DNA of 64,000 nucleotides from Camelus dromedarius (GCF_036321535.1 NC_087437.1:113090001-113154000); one strand, 5' to 3'; positions 1 to 13,028 are shown, numbered from the stretch's first letter. Notes: generated from the sequence alone by a model not told the origin. Program-made: numbers and translations.

Positions 1-624
1 AATTAAGAAACTAAGAAAGATTGTATCATTCAGGTAAAAAATGAAAAAAAAAAATGACGTAGGGACATGAGTTGCCCTTTTAGAGGGTTAGAGACAAAAA
101 GAGAGAACAAATAAGACGACACCAAAGGGAAAATCATGAAATGCATTGGAACACAAAATGAGAATGTAAATATTCTTGCTATTAATTTCAGCTCTTTATG
201 AAGCAAAAAGAATCGCCAGAATTACTAAGTTTTGGAAATAAACCTGTAACCTTTGTTTTTGTTATTGCTGTTAAATGAAACACAATATGTGGGAGATTGT
301 CTTTCTCTCTACTTGGCTTGAGATCTGTTTTCTCTCCCAGTAGCCATAATCCAAAATAAGAGCAATGAAAATGCTATTGAATCGGCTTTTGCATTTTTAA
401 GAGTGCTCATTATTTATACAGTGGTCCCTAAAGGCTGTACGTCGATACCGCTGGCATCCATTACAAAGAGTGCACATATACAGTGCATTCCTTTGCACAA
501 ACTGCAACTTCATCTCCCTTAGAGAAGGCTGCCCATGTTGGGTTCATCTCTCTAGCTGCTTATTCAAGTTTTAACTTCTGTAATCTCAGCTCTGTCATCA
601 CTGAGAAGTTATCCATTATTTTTA

Positions 625-830
625 TTTGATTTTGAGTATCATCTTCTATTGAAGCACAGTCAGTTTACATTGCTGTGTTAATTTCTGATGTAGAGCATAG
701 TGATTCAAGATACTGAACATAGTTCCCTGTGCTATATAGTAGGACCCTGTTGTTTATTTTCCGTATAGTAGTTAGTATCTACAAATCCTGAACTCCCAAT
801 TTATCCCTCCACCCCAGCTTTTCCCCTCCT
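625..830 (-). mobile_element. L1 3' UTR fragment (cetartiodactyl-type), internally deleted
   Basis: ATTGAAGCACAGTCAGTTTACA...ATAGTTCCCTGTGCTATATAGTAGGACC...GAACTCCCAATTTATCCC matches the copies at 12518 and 34034; possible TSD ccattattttta/ccgttactttta. Confidence 0.85.
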
Positions 831-1239
831 CCGTTACTTTTAGAGCTTGTTTAGCACTCTGAGACTTCCTGACACACACTTCTACTGCCTGTCCAGGAAC
901 CTCCATCTTTGAAACAAATGGCCCGTGTCTACAAAGGCAAAGTGGGCTGCACTACTGAGGCCGGTTCCAGATGACCCCAGCCACGACAAGAGCTTCTGCC
1001 TGAAATAGAGGAATTTATTTCTCTCCATGAGATAGAATTAAATTCCATTACTCTTTCTCTTTCTTTCTGAAAGCTTATTTTACTGAGTCTAAGGGCTGTC
1101 GAGTAAGCTAAGGTAATAAGCTAAGACTGCATTTGATACATCCTTCCCTTTTGGAAACTGCCCCATCTTGGTATCTCTGACCTCTTTCTCTGGTTCTCCT
1201 GCTCTCCTCGGACTTTTTATCTGGAATCTTCTATAACTG

Positions 1240-1900
1240 TTCTTCCATCCCCCATCACCCTAGTGCCAGCAGGTGGCAACACTCGGGCCTTCGTTTCAGT
1301 GTGTATTCCCCCAGAGGGCTCAACCTTCCTGAGCTGCTTCTGCTACCTCTGAACTGAGACTCTTAAATCAGCATTTTCTAGCACATCCCTCTCCCTCAGG
1401 CTCCAGTCCCACATCTCCTCACAGTTGTCCACAGGACGTTTCCATTGCTTTGCCTTCCTGGCCATTGCCTCCTGTCTGGCAGATTCAAGAACTCACCTTC
1501 CTTCCCAGTGTGCTCAGCTCAGCTAGTTCTCCGAGCTTTAACTCCCCTCTGGGTCACCCAGACCCACCTCATGCATCTTTGACTGTCCAGCCTCCTTATC
1601 CCCAAATCTGGGCACCAAGTTATGCTTGAATTTACTTAAAATGTCTCTCACATTAGTCTCCCCATCTCGGTTCCATTTGCCATGCTTACTTCCAGCTCCC
1701 CTTCCCCCACAGCCTTTGAGCTGAGCCCCCACCTCCCACCCCTGTCTCTTCACCACGTCCCTCTGTACTGTCCATCCCCCTCAGACGTCCTCAGACATCG
1801 GGGCAGCTGCTTCCTTGCTTGAGGACCCTCAGTGCCTCCCTGTGTCCTACTCCATTCAGTCTGGACCAGGTCCATGTCTTTCCTTTTGTCATTTTAACCT
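1240..1900 (+). mobile_element. L2 LINE fossil
   Basis: Pyrimidine-rich degenerate L2-like segments (CTCTCCCTCAGGCTCCAGTCCCACATCTCC; GCTTGAGGACCCTCAGTGCCTCCC). Confidence 0.55.
1263..1281 (+). promoter_or_regulatory. Candidate CTCF site
   Basis: GTGCCAGCAGGTGGCAAC fits the CCASYAGRKGGCR core. Confidence 0.35.
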
Positions 1901-1984
1901 GGATCCAAGAAGTGAATTCTCTTTCCCTCCAACCTCCAACATGAACCATTTCCATGGGACAGGGTTCTTTGCTTTATATACAGG

Positions 1985-2385
1985 CAATAGTGTGCCAACA
2001 CGGTTTTGTCCTGGCTCTCGAGAGCTGATGCTGAATTTTCAGGAAGTTTTTGAGCCAGTTGCTTAACACAGCCATTACTGAAAAGTAATTATATAAACTT
2101 AAGCAAATTATGTCAAAAAGTGAATAAATACTTAAAACTCATAACTTCCTAATTATTCCACTGTTATCTGTGCTCTTGGACTATTTCTGTGTGTTGTATG
2201 GTGGAAACACTATGTGATGGTGAACTAATGCAGAGCCCTTCCCAACTCCACATTCAGTAATGCCATGCTGCTGCTTTGAAATCAACCATGTTTGGAGAAG
2301 TTACACCATGGAAATGGGTAAAGGCTACAAATAAGAGTTGGTTTGGTTTTTTCCCCAGAGAGGGATGTTGAACATTGACAAGCAT
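1985..2385 (+). mobile_element. MER63-like hAT-Blackjack DNA transposon, 5' part
   Basis: GGCTCTCGAGAGCTGATGCTGAATTTTCAGGAAG...AACACAGCCATTA...AAATACTTAAAACTCATAACTTCCTAATTATT...GTATGGTGGAAACACTAT resembles the MER63 consensus. Confidence 0.75.
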
Positions 2386-2395
2386 GCAATCTGTA

Positions 2396-2430
2396 CCTTG
2401 TATATTCCTTGTATATACCTTGCATATTCC
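2396..2430. repeat. 11-bp tandem repeat x3 (CCTTGTATATW)
   Basis: ccttgtatatt ccttgtatata ccttgcatatt cc. Confidence 0.85.
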
Positions 2431-3544
2431 TCTGTTTGGGACTTTGTTCTTTTCCCCTCTTATCTAGCATGTCTTCACTTCTTCCCGAAATAACAAAATC
2501 TTTACTGATCTATGAAGATCCAGTTAAATCTCTCCTTCTCCATGACACTTTGCCTAATGATACTCACTTTCTTTAATTTATTTTCCATCCAAACCCTGCA
2601 TCTTTATATCCTGAACCACACAACCTAGCACTTAAGGTACATCTTTCATTCATTAAGTTTTAACGCTTTGATTCAGTCATCGGTCATTTCACCATGCTCC
2701 TTTAGCGCCTAGTCTGTGCCCTGCCCCACGCCAGTTTCACTTCTGGTCTGAACCATTCTTTGCTGTTTCACGAATTTGCCTCGTCTCCACTAGAAGTTTC
2801 GCACATCTGGGACATCATCAACCACTTCACTTCAACATCCTTTTGGAGTCCCAGCAAAAAGCTGAGCCCCTAACAGGGCTCAACCTAGATCTGTAAATTG
2901 ATACTACAATCTGGAAGTATGAGATGTTCAAGGAACATCAATGGCAACTATTGCTGAATTTCAGGGGGACAAATGCCTTTGTTCAAGTTGCTCCAATCTC
3001 TCAGTTCAAGTGCTGAAGGTTTCAGTCCCAGATGTAGCGTGACGGGGTAGGGGAGAGAACATGGGATACTTACGAGACTTGAGTTCAATACCATGTGGCC
3101 ACGGTTATACCACTTGTCAGCTCCATTCTCCAGTCTCTGTAACCAGGTGATATTATTTGTCCTGCTTATCTGCTTACTTGGGGGTTGTGAAAACCGAAAG
3201 AGAAAAGGATGTGAAAGTGCCTTAAAAAGTGTTCTTCTAATGTACAGACCAAGAACCCTAACAGCCCCCACCCTTTACCATATTTGCACCATGTCCCTTC
3301 CTCCAGTCATCTGTGAGCAAGAATAAAATGACAAATCTATATATTCCTGATTGCGCACAATCTATTCCCCTTCTCTGAAGATAAGGAAACAGAGACTCCA
3401 GGGTTGACATCCAAAATGAAATCAGAAAAAGCAAGAGCGTGGTCCTATTCCAGTTCTGTTGAGTAATCACGGCACCATCTCCAAAGGCTGGTTGCATCAT
3501 AAAATATCCCTCCATAAAGACACACTCATAGATACATGTACATA

Positions 3545-4265
3545 GATATAGCCAATTCTTAATGCTTTCCACCATCCTGTGAGGTGAATAGAGCAGATAT
3601 TATTATTATTACTATAGTTACCATCCCTTTCAAGTCAGTCCCCTAAAAGGGTCCTCCTGCCTCGTGTCATTCAAGCCGAAAGAACAAGACTGAGTTCCGT
3701 TCAGAAGCAAAGGAAAGCTTTATTCTTTGATCAAAGAGTGGAGAGGTGCCGGCTTGAGCTCTAGAGCGCATGCTCTCCCCAACAGGCTGTGGGCGGGGCT
3801 GTTTTGTGGGGATTAGGGAAGGAGTGGCGTTCTTGAGGGTCAGGCGCAGGCGTGCTGGGCACCCCCCAGATCACAGTGCCAGGCGCAGCGTCTCTGCACA
3901 CGGCATGCTGCTGTCATCTTGAATCACAGTGTCGTGTGCAGCACTTCTGTGCTCAGCTGAGGTGTCGGCGCAGCCGTTTCACACCAGGAGCTCTGGCCAG
4001 AAGTGGTAGGCTTCTGCACGTGGTGCCCTATGAGCAAGGGAAACCAGACTAAGCACAAAGGTTGAACAACAAGGTTAGACTTGATTTTATTACCCAGATT
4101 CTCTTTTCATTTCCTGGGAATTGTTAATGGGTTTTGCCAGTGACACTGTTATTCCTATTTCATGGGCAGAGAAACAGAGGCTGAGAGACATTCAGTGACA
4201 TCCTCAAAGTCACATGGTCACTCAGTGGCGGATCCAGGTTGAGAATCAGGATTTCTGTTAAGTCT
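3545..4265 (-). mobile_element. MIR SINE split by an LTR insertion
   Basis: CCATCCTGTGAGGT...TATTATT on the left, ATTCCTATTTCATGGGCAGAGAAACAGAGGCTGAGAGA...CAAAGTCACATGG on the right. Confidence 0.6.
3616..4145 (-). mobile_element. ERV solo LTR
   Basis: Ends AGTTACC (degenerate TG)...GTGACA; AATAAA on the minus strand (CTTTATTC ~3718); CpG-richer than the flanks; possible 4-bp TSD ctat/ctgt. Confidence 0.6.
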
Positions 4266-6765
4266 GGCAGGAATCTGTAGCACCCAGCGTCTCTCTCAAA
4301 ACTGTCCAGCCGCACCGCTCAACTCTCCGCCTCTTTATGAAGATTTCTGCCCCACTTCCCTTTGGGACCAAGGGAAAGAATGTGCCCCAGGTGGCACGGG
4401 GCTTTATCTGGAGCAGATCACCCTGAGTGTCTCAGACAACCGCTTTGTGCCTAGACGCTGACACACTGATCAAAGGCAATGGCTGTGCTCACTGCCCCCA
4501 CTTCACTGGGCTTTGAGGGGATGAAAGGAGACTGTGGATGTGCCAGTCTTTTGAAAATTAAGTTGCCAGAGGAATGCAGGCCATTCTCAAAAATAACAAT
4601 AGCTCTGTCCCTTTAAAGCAGCTCCTGGAGAAGTTGGTGACTGAGAATGATCCTTGTGCACACATTTGGCTCTGTTTCTCTTGGCTTTTCCCTGACTTTT
4701 TCTGACTGCATCCTTCATACAGAGGGCACCAAGGAATCCATCCAGTTGTCTCCTCTCCTTAACAGAGTGTCTGAGTTGTGGCAGTGGGTCTAGAAAGCTT
4801 CCCATCACTTGGCAAAAGAAATCAGACACAAGTTGGGAACTATGTAAAACTCGAGTCCAACTCCATCTGTCCATCTTTGCCTCCTTCTGACACTGAGAAG
4901 GCAACAACTTGTCCCTCGAGTTCCCGCAGAGTCAGAAGTGCAGGTGTTGTGGGGTCGTGTGACTGTTGTGGTCCCTCAAGTGACAGTTTGAAGAGTAGGG
5001 AAGGCAGGACATAGTGCCGACCAGACTCTGGGTCCCTGGGGGGCCCAGTCTCATCCACTGAGGTATCCGTGTTACTCTTCTGAGAATAGGAGTGATTCAG
5101 ACTAAGGCCAAACATTTGATCGAGCCTCAGTAATAGGTTTATGAGATGGAGATTGGTTTTTCCCTTGGATTTTGTTTGTGTTTTGTTTTTGCAAACTGCT
5201 AATGTTCCCCGCATTTTCATGGGCAGAGCCTCTCCCCAGTTCTTCCTCCACAGTTAAGCCATCCGCTCCCCCTCGGGGGGAAGTTGGGAAAGAATCAGAA
5301 CTGTTATGTCAGGAGCCAAAGAGAAACAAGTTTCTGACATCCAAATAGGATTTTGCAGCAAGACAATTGCCTTGAAAACCAGACTTTGGAGAGAGATGGA
5401 GGAATTTCAAAATTCCTTAACATATCAAGAACCCAGCCTGGAGGACTTGCATCCTGAAAATTTTCCATAATTACCAAAGAGAGAGACTTCAGCCAGTGAC
5501 AACTAGACTCTGAGGCTTCCTGTTGCAGGGTAGGGGAAAGATATAATATACAGAGGAAGAGCTTGAACACACCCTACCTGCACCTGGCACTTTGGGTGCA
5601 GAGAAGAATCTGGAAGGAAAAAGACTGTCAGGCATCAGGGATAGTGCTCATATACCTTTATCCCATGGGCCTTCCAGAAACACCCAGAGAGGCCTGGGCA
5701 GCCCCAAACCCCAAGGCTAGTGGCATGTTTCCCTGTTGTATCAAAGACAGGCTTAGATCTTTGGGAGAAATCCTGCTCTTGGCCTCTTCGAAATGCCATA
5801 GAGGGATGGGTAGAAGGCTGACTGTAGCAGGGGAGGCAAGAGAGCAAACCCTAGTCCTAACATGGCCTTTCCCAGTCAAAACCCCAGGCAGTGGTGGTCA
5901 GGGGACTATTGGGAAAATGGGTGAGTCTGGGGCTCTGGGAGGACACGTCTCACAAGCTGGCCCTGCTCTAGCCGGGGGAGGACATCAGCTCAGTGGGGCA
6001 GAGGCAGAAGTGGCGATTGGCCCTGCCCAGCTGTCTTCTTTGGCTGCGCGCAATGGACCAGCAGAAGTGCCTGGATGTCCTTGAAGGGACAGGCAGAAGC
6101 TGGGGGAAATAGCTGGTTGGGGGAGCTTTCCAGTAGGGAGGCTCAGAGATGCCTTTCCAAGGCTCTTCAGAATCACGAAAACCCCACCTTTCCTCTAAAC
6201 CCTTAGCTGCCATATTGGAAAATAGAGGAGCAACAGGGGAGGAAATCTGAGCTGTTCTATAAAGACTGTTAAGACCAGTCCTATAGGGAACTGAACTTTG
6301 AATAAACTCACTGAGCGTTTACATTGAAAGGAGACCGTTTAAATTGGAAAAGCCTAAACTATGGTTAATTGGCCGCTCTTAGTTGCTCCCCCTGCCCTGC
6401 AGGGTGCGGGCTCATGAGGACTATCAGATGAAGTGAGAGAGAAAATAGAGAATCGTTTCTTTGAGCCTCTGAGTTGTAATGCGAGACCATGCAGGACCTT
6501 CTTCCCTGCTTGATGTACTGGATTTCCGTGAAAGACTGTGTTCGAAGGAGGTTTCCATAGTAAAAACAATTTAAAAGTTTTAAAACCACAGACTTACATA
6601 ACGTCTGAAATTCCTTTCCGTCTCTGACATGGTGTAGGTTTGCGATCTCCTGTGTCACCCCCAGCCCTGCAGCCAGGGACAGGGGTACAGAGCAGTCCTT
6701 CAGAAGAGCAAGCTAATATTATTTAGGGCTTGGGATGGCCATTTGCTGTCTAAATTCCTAAAGAG

Positions 6766-6801
6766 GTTTTTGTTTTGTTTTGTTTTTGTTTGTTTGTTTT
6801 T
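6766..6801. repeat. (GTTTT)n/(GTTT)n microsatellite
   Basis: Direct reading. Confidence 0.9.
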
Positions 6802-8329
6802 GACTGAGTTACTTTTCTGTCTCCCCCAAAGCTGCTTGCTTGGTGCTGGGGAGGCCATAACCCCAGCGCTGGCTAAACCAGGGAATGAAACAGCCTGCCG
6901 ACCCTCCTTCTTACCCTCCCAGGCCTTGCCTAGGCTTCCAGAAAGGTCCAGGGTCATTTCTTGGGATGGCAGCTCACCACGGGCTCCGCCAGCAGCTGAG
7001 AATGATCTTAGGTGAGGACAAACGAAACCTTGAGTTAGTTGAAAGCTGGCAGGTCTCCAGGGAACACTGGGCTAGAACAATCTGGATTGTCTTGAGGCCT
7101 GGGATTAAAGATACAGTTTGTTGTCACTCCAAGGTTGGAGGTGGAGCCACCCTAGCGTGGGGTGTCACCACGGATGCTAAGCATAACCAGTCGCAGGTGG
7201 TTCTAATGTAGGATTTTCATTTTTTTCCTGGTAAAATCGTTCTCTTTTGGATTATATACATTTATACATATGAAACTTTCAAAACTATGCCTGCCCCACA
7301 GTCCGATAAATGTTAATAACGTATTCTCCTGCCTGAAGATGGTTTTGCCCGGGAAGTGTAGTAGCAGGCTGGTGAAATTCAGTGTTTATTTGCAGGACTG
7401 GGTTAAAATGATTTCCAGGTACAGTAATCAACAAGCCTGGAACACTCTCTCTGTAGGAAACTTACGTTTTCCTTGGTGTAATAAATGGGAATCTGAATTA
7501 ATATTTTACTGTATTGATTAATTTATGTGGGGCAGGAGTCACTGAGCAGTGGAATAATTTTAAAACCCAGGCTTCAAGCAAATATTTTAGAAAGGGCCCC
7601 TTGCCCTTAATTCATGTCAAAATATACCCAGAAACAGATCCTCCCCTGTCTCTTGCCAAAAGTTGGGGGCCGCCTAGGAGATATTTATGCTCCTTGGGAG
7701 TATCTGCCAGCAGGCAGTTGTCTTTACTGGGCAGTGAAGACACCGCAGCCCCTCCGTGTCGCCAGCCCTGGTTGAGACAGACGAGCCTGTCTTCTGCCTC
7801 TGGGACTCCTGGGTCTCAGCCAGATCCTGGGGTGAGCTGGGGAGCGAAGGCAGGGTGGGGCGCGACTGCTTGGGGCTGGAAGATGCATGGTTTCATCAGT
7901 TTGACAGGGGAGGAGGGAGATGGGCTGCGGGGCTTGCAAAACATCACATCTTGGCAAAAATACTTGAAAAACAGGAGATTCCTGGAAAGCAATAATGCTG
8001 ACGGCGGAGAGCGAGTTCCGGGCCTGCCAAAAAAGTGGAGCAGAGCTTTGGTTTAGATGCCGAAGAGGTGCTGAGTCTGAGAACAGGCTGGCCTCTCCTG
8101 CTGTCTGCAGGCCTGTTTCGGCCACAGGCACTGCTGTCAGCTCCCTGCTCTTCCTGGAAATTACACTGTTCATGCAGCATCCTCAGATCTGTTTGGAGAT
8201 TGGCCTCTGCTCTGGTCAGAACAGGGCTCTGCCTCCCTCTCTCAGCCCTGAGCACAGCTGGCTCCTACGGGAATCTGGTCCTTGTTCAGGCTGTGCCCCT
8301 CTTCTGGGGCCTCCCTCCTGCCTGCTCTC

Positions 8330-8540
8330 AGCCTGCTCGGCTTCTCCCTTCCGGCATCAGCTCCAGCGCCGCCCCGCCCCCTCACCCCGCTTTCCTCGTC
8401 CAGGCCTCCCCCTCCTCCGACTGCACCACACATGGCTCCGTCTTGCGGTACTCGCTCCCAAACAGCAGTGCTTCGGTGTGGGTAAATGTCGGTGTCTTTT
8501 TTCCCTTCTAGAGTAGATTTCCTGACGTGTTGCAGCTCAT
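8330..8540 (+). promoter_or_regulatory. GC-box/ETS promoter-like or enhancer element
   Basis: CTTCCGG (8348), tandem CCGCCCCGCCCC (8369-8380), local CpG enrichment, TGACGT (8523), weak donor TGG|GTAAAT at 8481/8482. Confidence 0.35.
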
Positions 8541-9083
8541 CTATTGTGAGGATCAAAACCGTTCTCCAAACAGCTGCCTGGAGTCTCCCATAGGCTCTGG
8601 CGGGCGGCTTGGCCCATCTGCAGGGGGGCCTCTGTGGGGCCTCCTCTCTCCGGTGAGACCACAGGGCCGGCGTGGACCTGGTGCTTGGGTTTCCAGTAGT
8701 AACGAGAGCACCCCTGGCACCAAGGTGATGTCTGTTGCCTGGAGCCTGCAGCTCCTTTGCAAAAGAATCTTCTCTGAAGGCTGGACGGTCATGCCTACAA
8801 GCCAGAGTAGCAGGTCTGCACTCAGTTAAAGACACTTGTGACTTCCCAGGACCAAGGGAGATGGATGTCTAAATAGATGAGGACAAGGACCCACAGTTAC
8901 TCATTTCAAACTCTTCCTCCAATGACCTTGCTACCAGAACTGTGACCCAGAAGCACGTGACTTGGTTGGACTTTCCTTCCTCTGCGACTCACTGTAGCTT
9001 GCAAAGAATCTGATGATGGTGTGGAGTTGGGCTAAGAGGCAAGGAAGATGAGGGGTCAGACCTGAGTGGCTGTGCTCTGTGAC

Positions 9084-9463
9084 TGTTACAGACTGAATTG
9101 TGTCCCCTCCAAGAATCGTATGTTGAATTCCTAACTATCAGTACCTCAGAATGGGACTGTATTGCAGAGCAGGTCCGGAAAGAGAGAATTAAGGTAACGA
9201 GGTCACGTGGGTGAACCTTAGTCCAATCTGACTGGTGTCTTTATACAAAGAGACTAAAATGTAGACACACACAGAGGGAAGGCCATGTGAAGACACCAGA
9301 AGACAGCCACCTACAAGCCAAGGAAGGAGGACTCAGAGGAAACCAAGCCTGTTGACACCTTGATCTTGGATTTCTAGCCTCCAGAACCCTGAGATCAATT
9401 TCTGTTGGCGAAGCCCCCCAGGTTTGCAGTGCTGGGTTGCGGTAGCTGTAGCAGACGAAGACA
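9084..9463 (+). mobile_element. MLT1 (MLT1B-like) MaLR solo LTR, complete
   Basis: TGTTACAGACTGAATTGTGTCCCC...CCAATCTGACTGGTGTCTTTATA...CTAGCCTCCAGAAC...GACA; perfect 5-bp TSD GTGAC (9079-9083, 9464-9468). Confidence 0.93.
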
Positions 9464-10427
9464 GTGACATATGTGTGTGCCAACATGAATAGTCCCAAAC
9501 TGTCTTAAACAACCACGTCCTGAAAGGTCTGGAAGCCATACGAGTGCCTTCCCCGGAGCTCCGCTCTCCTCCTGGCCTCTTGGGGGCCATGGCACTGGGA
9601 GGGGGATTCTAGAAAGGAGCATCCAACCCAGGAGTGTAGGCTCTAGTGTGGGAGGGAAGGTCGCTGCAGCCTTGCTCCTCCCCGCGTCCAGGGGTCCCTG
9701 CCTGGGGACAAAGACCAGCGACCAGGGCAGGCTTGGGCGTGGCAGGTGCTGGGAGCACTGTGCCACTTACTGTCCCTGAATGACCTGGACTTGGCTGACG
9801 GCAGAGGAAGGGTGTCTCGGAGGCCATGGAGCCCTGTGCAGCTCCAGAAGTCCCCCGTGGCAGACAGTCCCTGGGGGCTGACCACCAGGGTGGCTTTTCC
9901 CAGGCTTCTGCTGAGAGCTTTCTGGGGCTGAGAACTGGGCGCTTGTGGCTCATTCCTGAGGTCCAGGGTGGGGAGGGAGGGGCAGACGAGAGGAGAGGCT
10001 GTGAGTCTGCTGAGATTTCCTTCCTTGTCTGTCTGTGGCCTCCAAAGGAGTTCAGCCTGGAGCTCGCCTGAGAGTGAACAGTTTGTGGCCCTAGTATGAC
10101 ACCGACAGTTTCTTGCATAATTTGCAAAGATTGAGGCAATTTATTTTAATTGAAAACCTCTAGATGTATTTCCGGCAGTAATATTCTCCAGATGACCCCC
10201 TCAGCAGACTGGAAGCTAAACAAGAAAATGTGTGCATTTTCAAAAACCTGATGGTCTGAGTTCCAGACAAGGGCCCTCCTCCCTGAGACCCTCACGTGTT
10301 AACGTGCAGATGAATGGCCCCGCGTGACTGGGATCTACAGAAACTGTCAATTCTAAAAGGCCTTCTTTTGGTCTTAAAAGGTGTCCTTGAAATTAGTCCC
10401 AGGTTCTGGCCCCAACTAACTTTCCAG

Positions 10428-10561
10428 TCAGACGTAATTGGCCGGGTTGAGAACACAGATGTACGGATTTTGAAGCTGCCTTTGAGTTCCCACCGATGAG
10501 TGATTCCCGACGAGGACATGTGTGCAGATCCCGACCAGGGCACCAGAGTGATGGTAATGGC
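10428..10561 (+). other. Candidate spliced exon (134 nt)
   Basis: ctaactttccag acceptor at 10427, GGC|GTGAGT donor at 10561/10562; unique sequence; internal ATG at 10496 open to the donor (MSDSRRGHVCRSRPGHQSDGNG). Confidence 0.25.
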
Positions 10562-10859
10562 GTGAGTTTGGGAGGCGCTGTCATGAGATGGCCCTGTCAG
10601 GACAGGAGTCTGCAGCTGGATCTCTCAGAGCAAGGCTGGACCTGCAGGAGCCCACTCGTCCTCCTCTCCCCAGCTCTCCCCACCTTTGGTGATGGACCCC
10701 TGTGTCTGCCCATGGCCGGTGGGCAGGAGGTGCGCTCCGTGGCCATGAGTGGAGAGAGCTAGTAAACTCCCCGATGACCTGTCCCCTGGCCTAAGCCGCA
10801 TCAGTGTTCCGAGGCTTCCAAACGTGCAAGTTGGCAGTAGGTTTTCAGTGCCACTTAGA

Positions 10860-11225
10860 GAGCTGCTGACGGCATCCTGTTACACACTCTGGGTAGGATG
10901 CTCTGCCAGTACCTCCATTTCAAAGTGACCAAACACACGCATAAATTATCTTCCTCCAAATTGCTTTTCCCCCTGCCCTCCTCGTTTCTGCTGAGGACCC
11001 CACCATCCTCCCGGCCACTCAGATCAGAAACCCAGGGCTGACTTCCCTCTCCCCTTTGCCTCCCCACCGAATCACTTGTTCCATTCCACATCCTCTCTCG
11101 CCCTCTCCCCCAGCCCCTGAGTTTCCTCTCCTCCCCTCCAGCTCTCTCCTTTGTTGCCTCCCTTCTGGAGAATCTCTGAGGCCACCCAACTGGTTTCCAC
11201 ATCTCCAGTCTCTCCTCCTAATCTG
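10860..11225 (+). mobile_element. L2 LINE fossil
   Basis: CACCACCATCCTCCCGGCCACTCAGATCAGAAACCCAGGGCTGACTTCCCTCTCCCC and CAACTGGTTTCCACATCTCCAGTCTC are L2-like. Confidence 0.65.
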
Positions 11226-11397
11226 CTGATGCTCAAATTCAGTGCCCATTAACATCTTGGAGGTTGTTAAGATGTAGATTCTTGGATCCCATTCCAAAAG
11301 GATTCTAATTGTGGGCGGGGCCTGGGAATCTGCATTTTAACATGCTCCTGGGGGATTCTGATCCAGTGGGCAGGGGACCATGCATTGAGAAGTTCTG
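11226..11397. mobile_element. MER5-type hAT-Charlie MITE
   Basis: GGGCGGGGCCTGGGAATCTGCATTTTAACATGCTCCTGGGGGATTCTGAT...TTGAGAAGTTCTG. Confidence 0.85.
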
Positions 11398-11914
11398 CTC
11401 TTATCGCTTTGGCCCCTATGCTCAGAGACATCTTCTTGTGGCATAGCTTCAGCCTGTCCTCTCCTCAGCTCAAAGCCACCTCTGGCTCCCCCTTTCTTAT
11501 AGTCCCAGTACTGGGCCAGGCTTCCAGAGCCTTCCACATACCAACCCCAAACAAGACTTCAAGCCTCACTCCTACTTTCCCTAATAACAGTGCAGTTTTG
11601 CTCAGTGGATTTCAAACTCATTTAAGAGGAAAAGTCAATTGAAATAGCCATAAAATTAATATAAAGTTGGTTTTCTACACAATTCTAACCTGTGCTGTGG
11701 TAGAAGAAGCCAAAAAAATTTTTTTAAACTATAGAGGGCACATATGTAAAATTAAGAACATTTGATTATTTGCTGCAGTTTGGGAAAAGTATAGCATTGA
11801 CATTTTTTTCCCATTTTTTGTGAATAATACCTTGGCTCAGTTCTTAGGGGGCTGCACTTGGGGGCGAACAGCTTGGGGACTAGAGACGGACGTACCAGGT
11901 CACGTGGTTTAGAG

Positions 11915-12125
11915 TTAACATGCCTGAGTGAGAGGGTACGGGCTTTGGAGTCAGTCAGTTCTGGATTCAAAATGTGATCCCACAATTTATTAGCTTGTGC
12001 CCTTTGGCCTGTGACCTGTGTCTTGACCTCTCTGAGGTTGCAAAATAAGGACAGTAACGTTCACCTTGGGGTGGGGTGGGAATTAAAGATAATGTATGTA
12101 AAAAGCCGAGCAGACAGTTAGAATT
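11915..12125 (+). mobile_element. MIR SINE
   Basis: GGGCTTTGGAGTCAGTCAGTTCTGGATTCAAAA...ATTAAAGATAATGTATGTAAAA. Confidence 0.7.
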
Positions 12126-12517
12126 CGTGAGTAAAGAGGGAGGAAGCTGGAGACGGTGTAGGGAGGACTATGGCTCGACCCTGCAGGCAGTGAGACGCTC
12201 TCTGAGCCATGGGGGTGTGATCAGCTGTGTCGTGGGAGCTTAGCCAGCTGGCACCGTGAAGGCTACAGGAAGAGAGGCCAGTTGTTGCTATGGCACAAGT
12301 AACACCCGAGGCAACAACTGGGGCCAACCAAGATGGCGGCAACGAGCCAGGTGGGAGGAGAGGGCTTTGGAAAGACACTTCTAATTATTCTTCTCCCACA
12401 AATGCTCAGGCAACGGTAGACCTCAGGCCTGCAGTACATGATAACTATTAACACAGGGGTGCTCCACGGCTCTGAATTCTCTCAGCTTCCACTCTCTCCC
12501 AGGTCCAATCTGCTCTT

Positions 12518-13028
12518 TTTTTTTTTTAAAATTGAGGTATAGTCAGTTTACAATGTTGTGTCAGTTTCTGGTGTGCAGCATAATGTTTCAGTCACACATG
12601 TACATACATATATTCCTTTTCATATTCTTTTGCATTATAGGTTACTACAAGATACTGAATGTAGTTTCCTGGCTGTACAGTAGGACCTTGTTGCTTATCT
12701 ATTCTATATGTAATAGTTAGTATCTGCAAATCTTGAACTCCCAATTTATCCCTTCCCACCCTCTTCCTCCCCTGGTAACTGTAAGTGTGTTTTCTATGTC
12801 TGTGAGTCTGTTTCTGCTTTGTAAATAAATTCATTTGTGTCTTTTTTTTTAGATTCCACATGTAAGTGATAATCATATTTTTCTTTCTCTTTCTGTCCTA
12901 CTTCAGTTAGGATGATGATCTCCAGGTCTATGTTGCTGCAAATGGCATTATTTTATTCATTTTTATGGCTGAGTAGTATTCCACTGTTATTTATATACCA
13001 CAACTTCTTTATTAGTCATCTGTTAATA
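12518..13028 (-). mobile_element. 5'-truncated L1 3' end (cetartiodactyl-type) with poly(A)
   Basis: Poly-T then ATTGAGGTATAGTCAGTTTACAATGTTGTG...TTTTTAGATTCCACATGTAAGTGAT...GCTGAGTAGTATTCCA; degenerate TSD aggtccaatctgctctt/aagtcaaatttgttctt (13/17). Confidence 0.95.

Noticed and set aside
5563..6084. 173-aa ORF
   Set aside because: Non-ATG start, no recognisable homology or exon boundaries
7514..8835. Overlapping long ORFs of 150-197 aa on both strands
   Set aside because: No recognisable domain; ORFs in many frames are expected in GC-rich DNA
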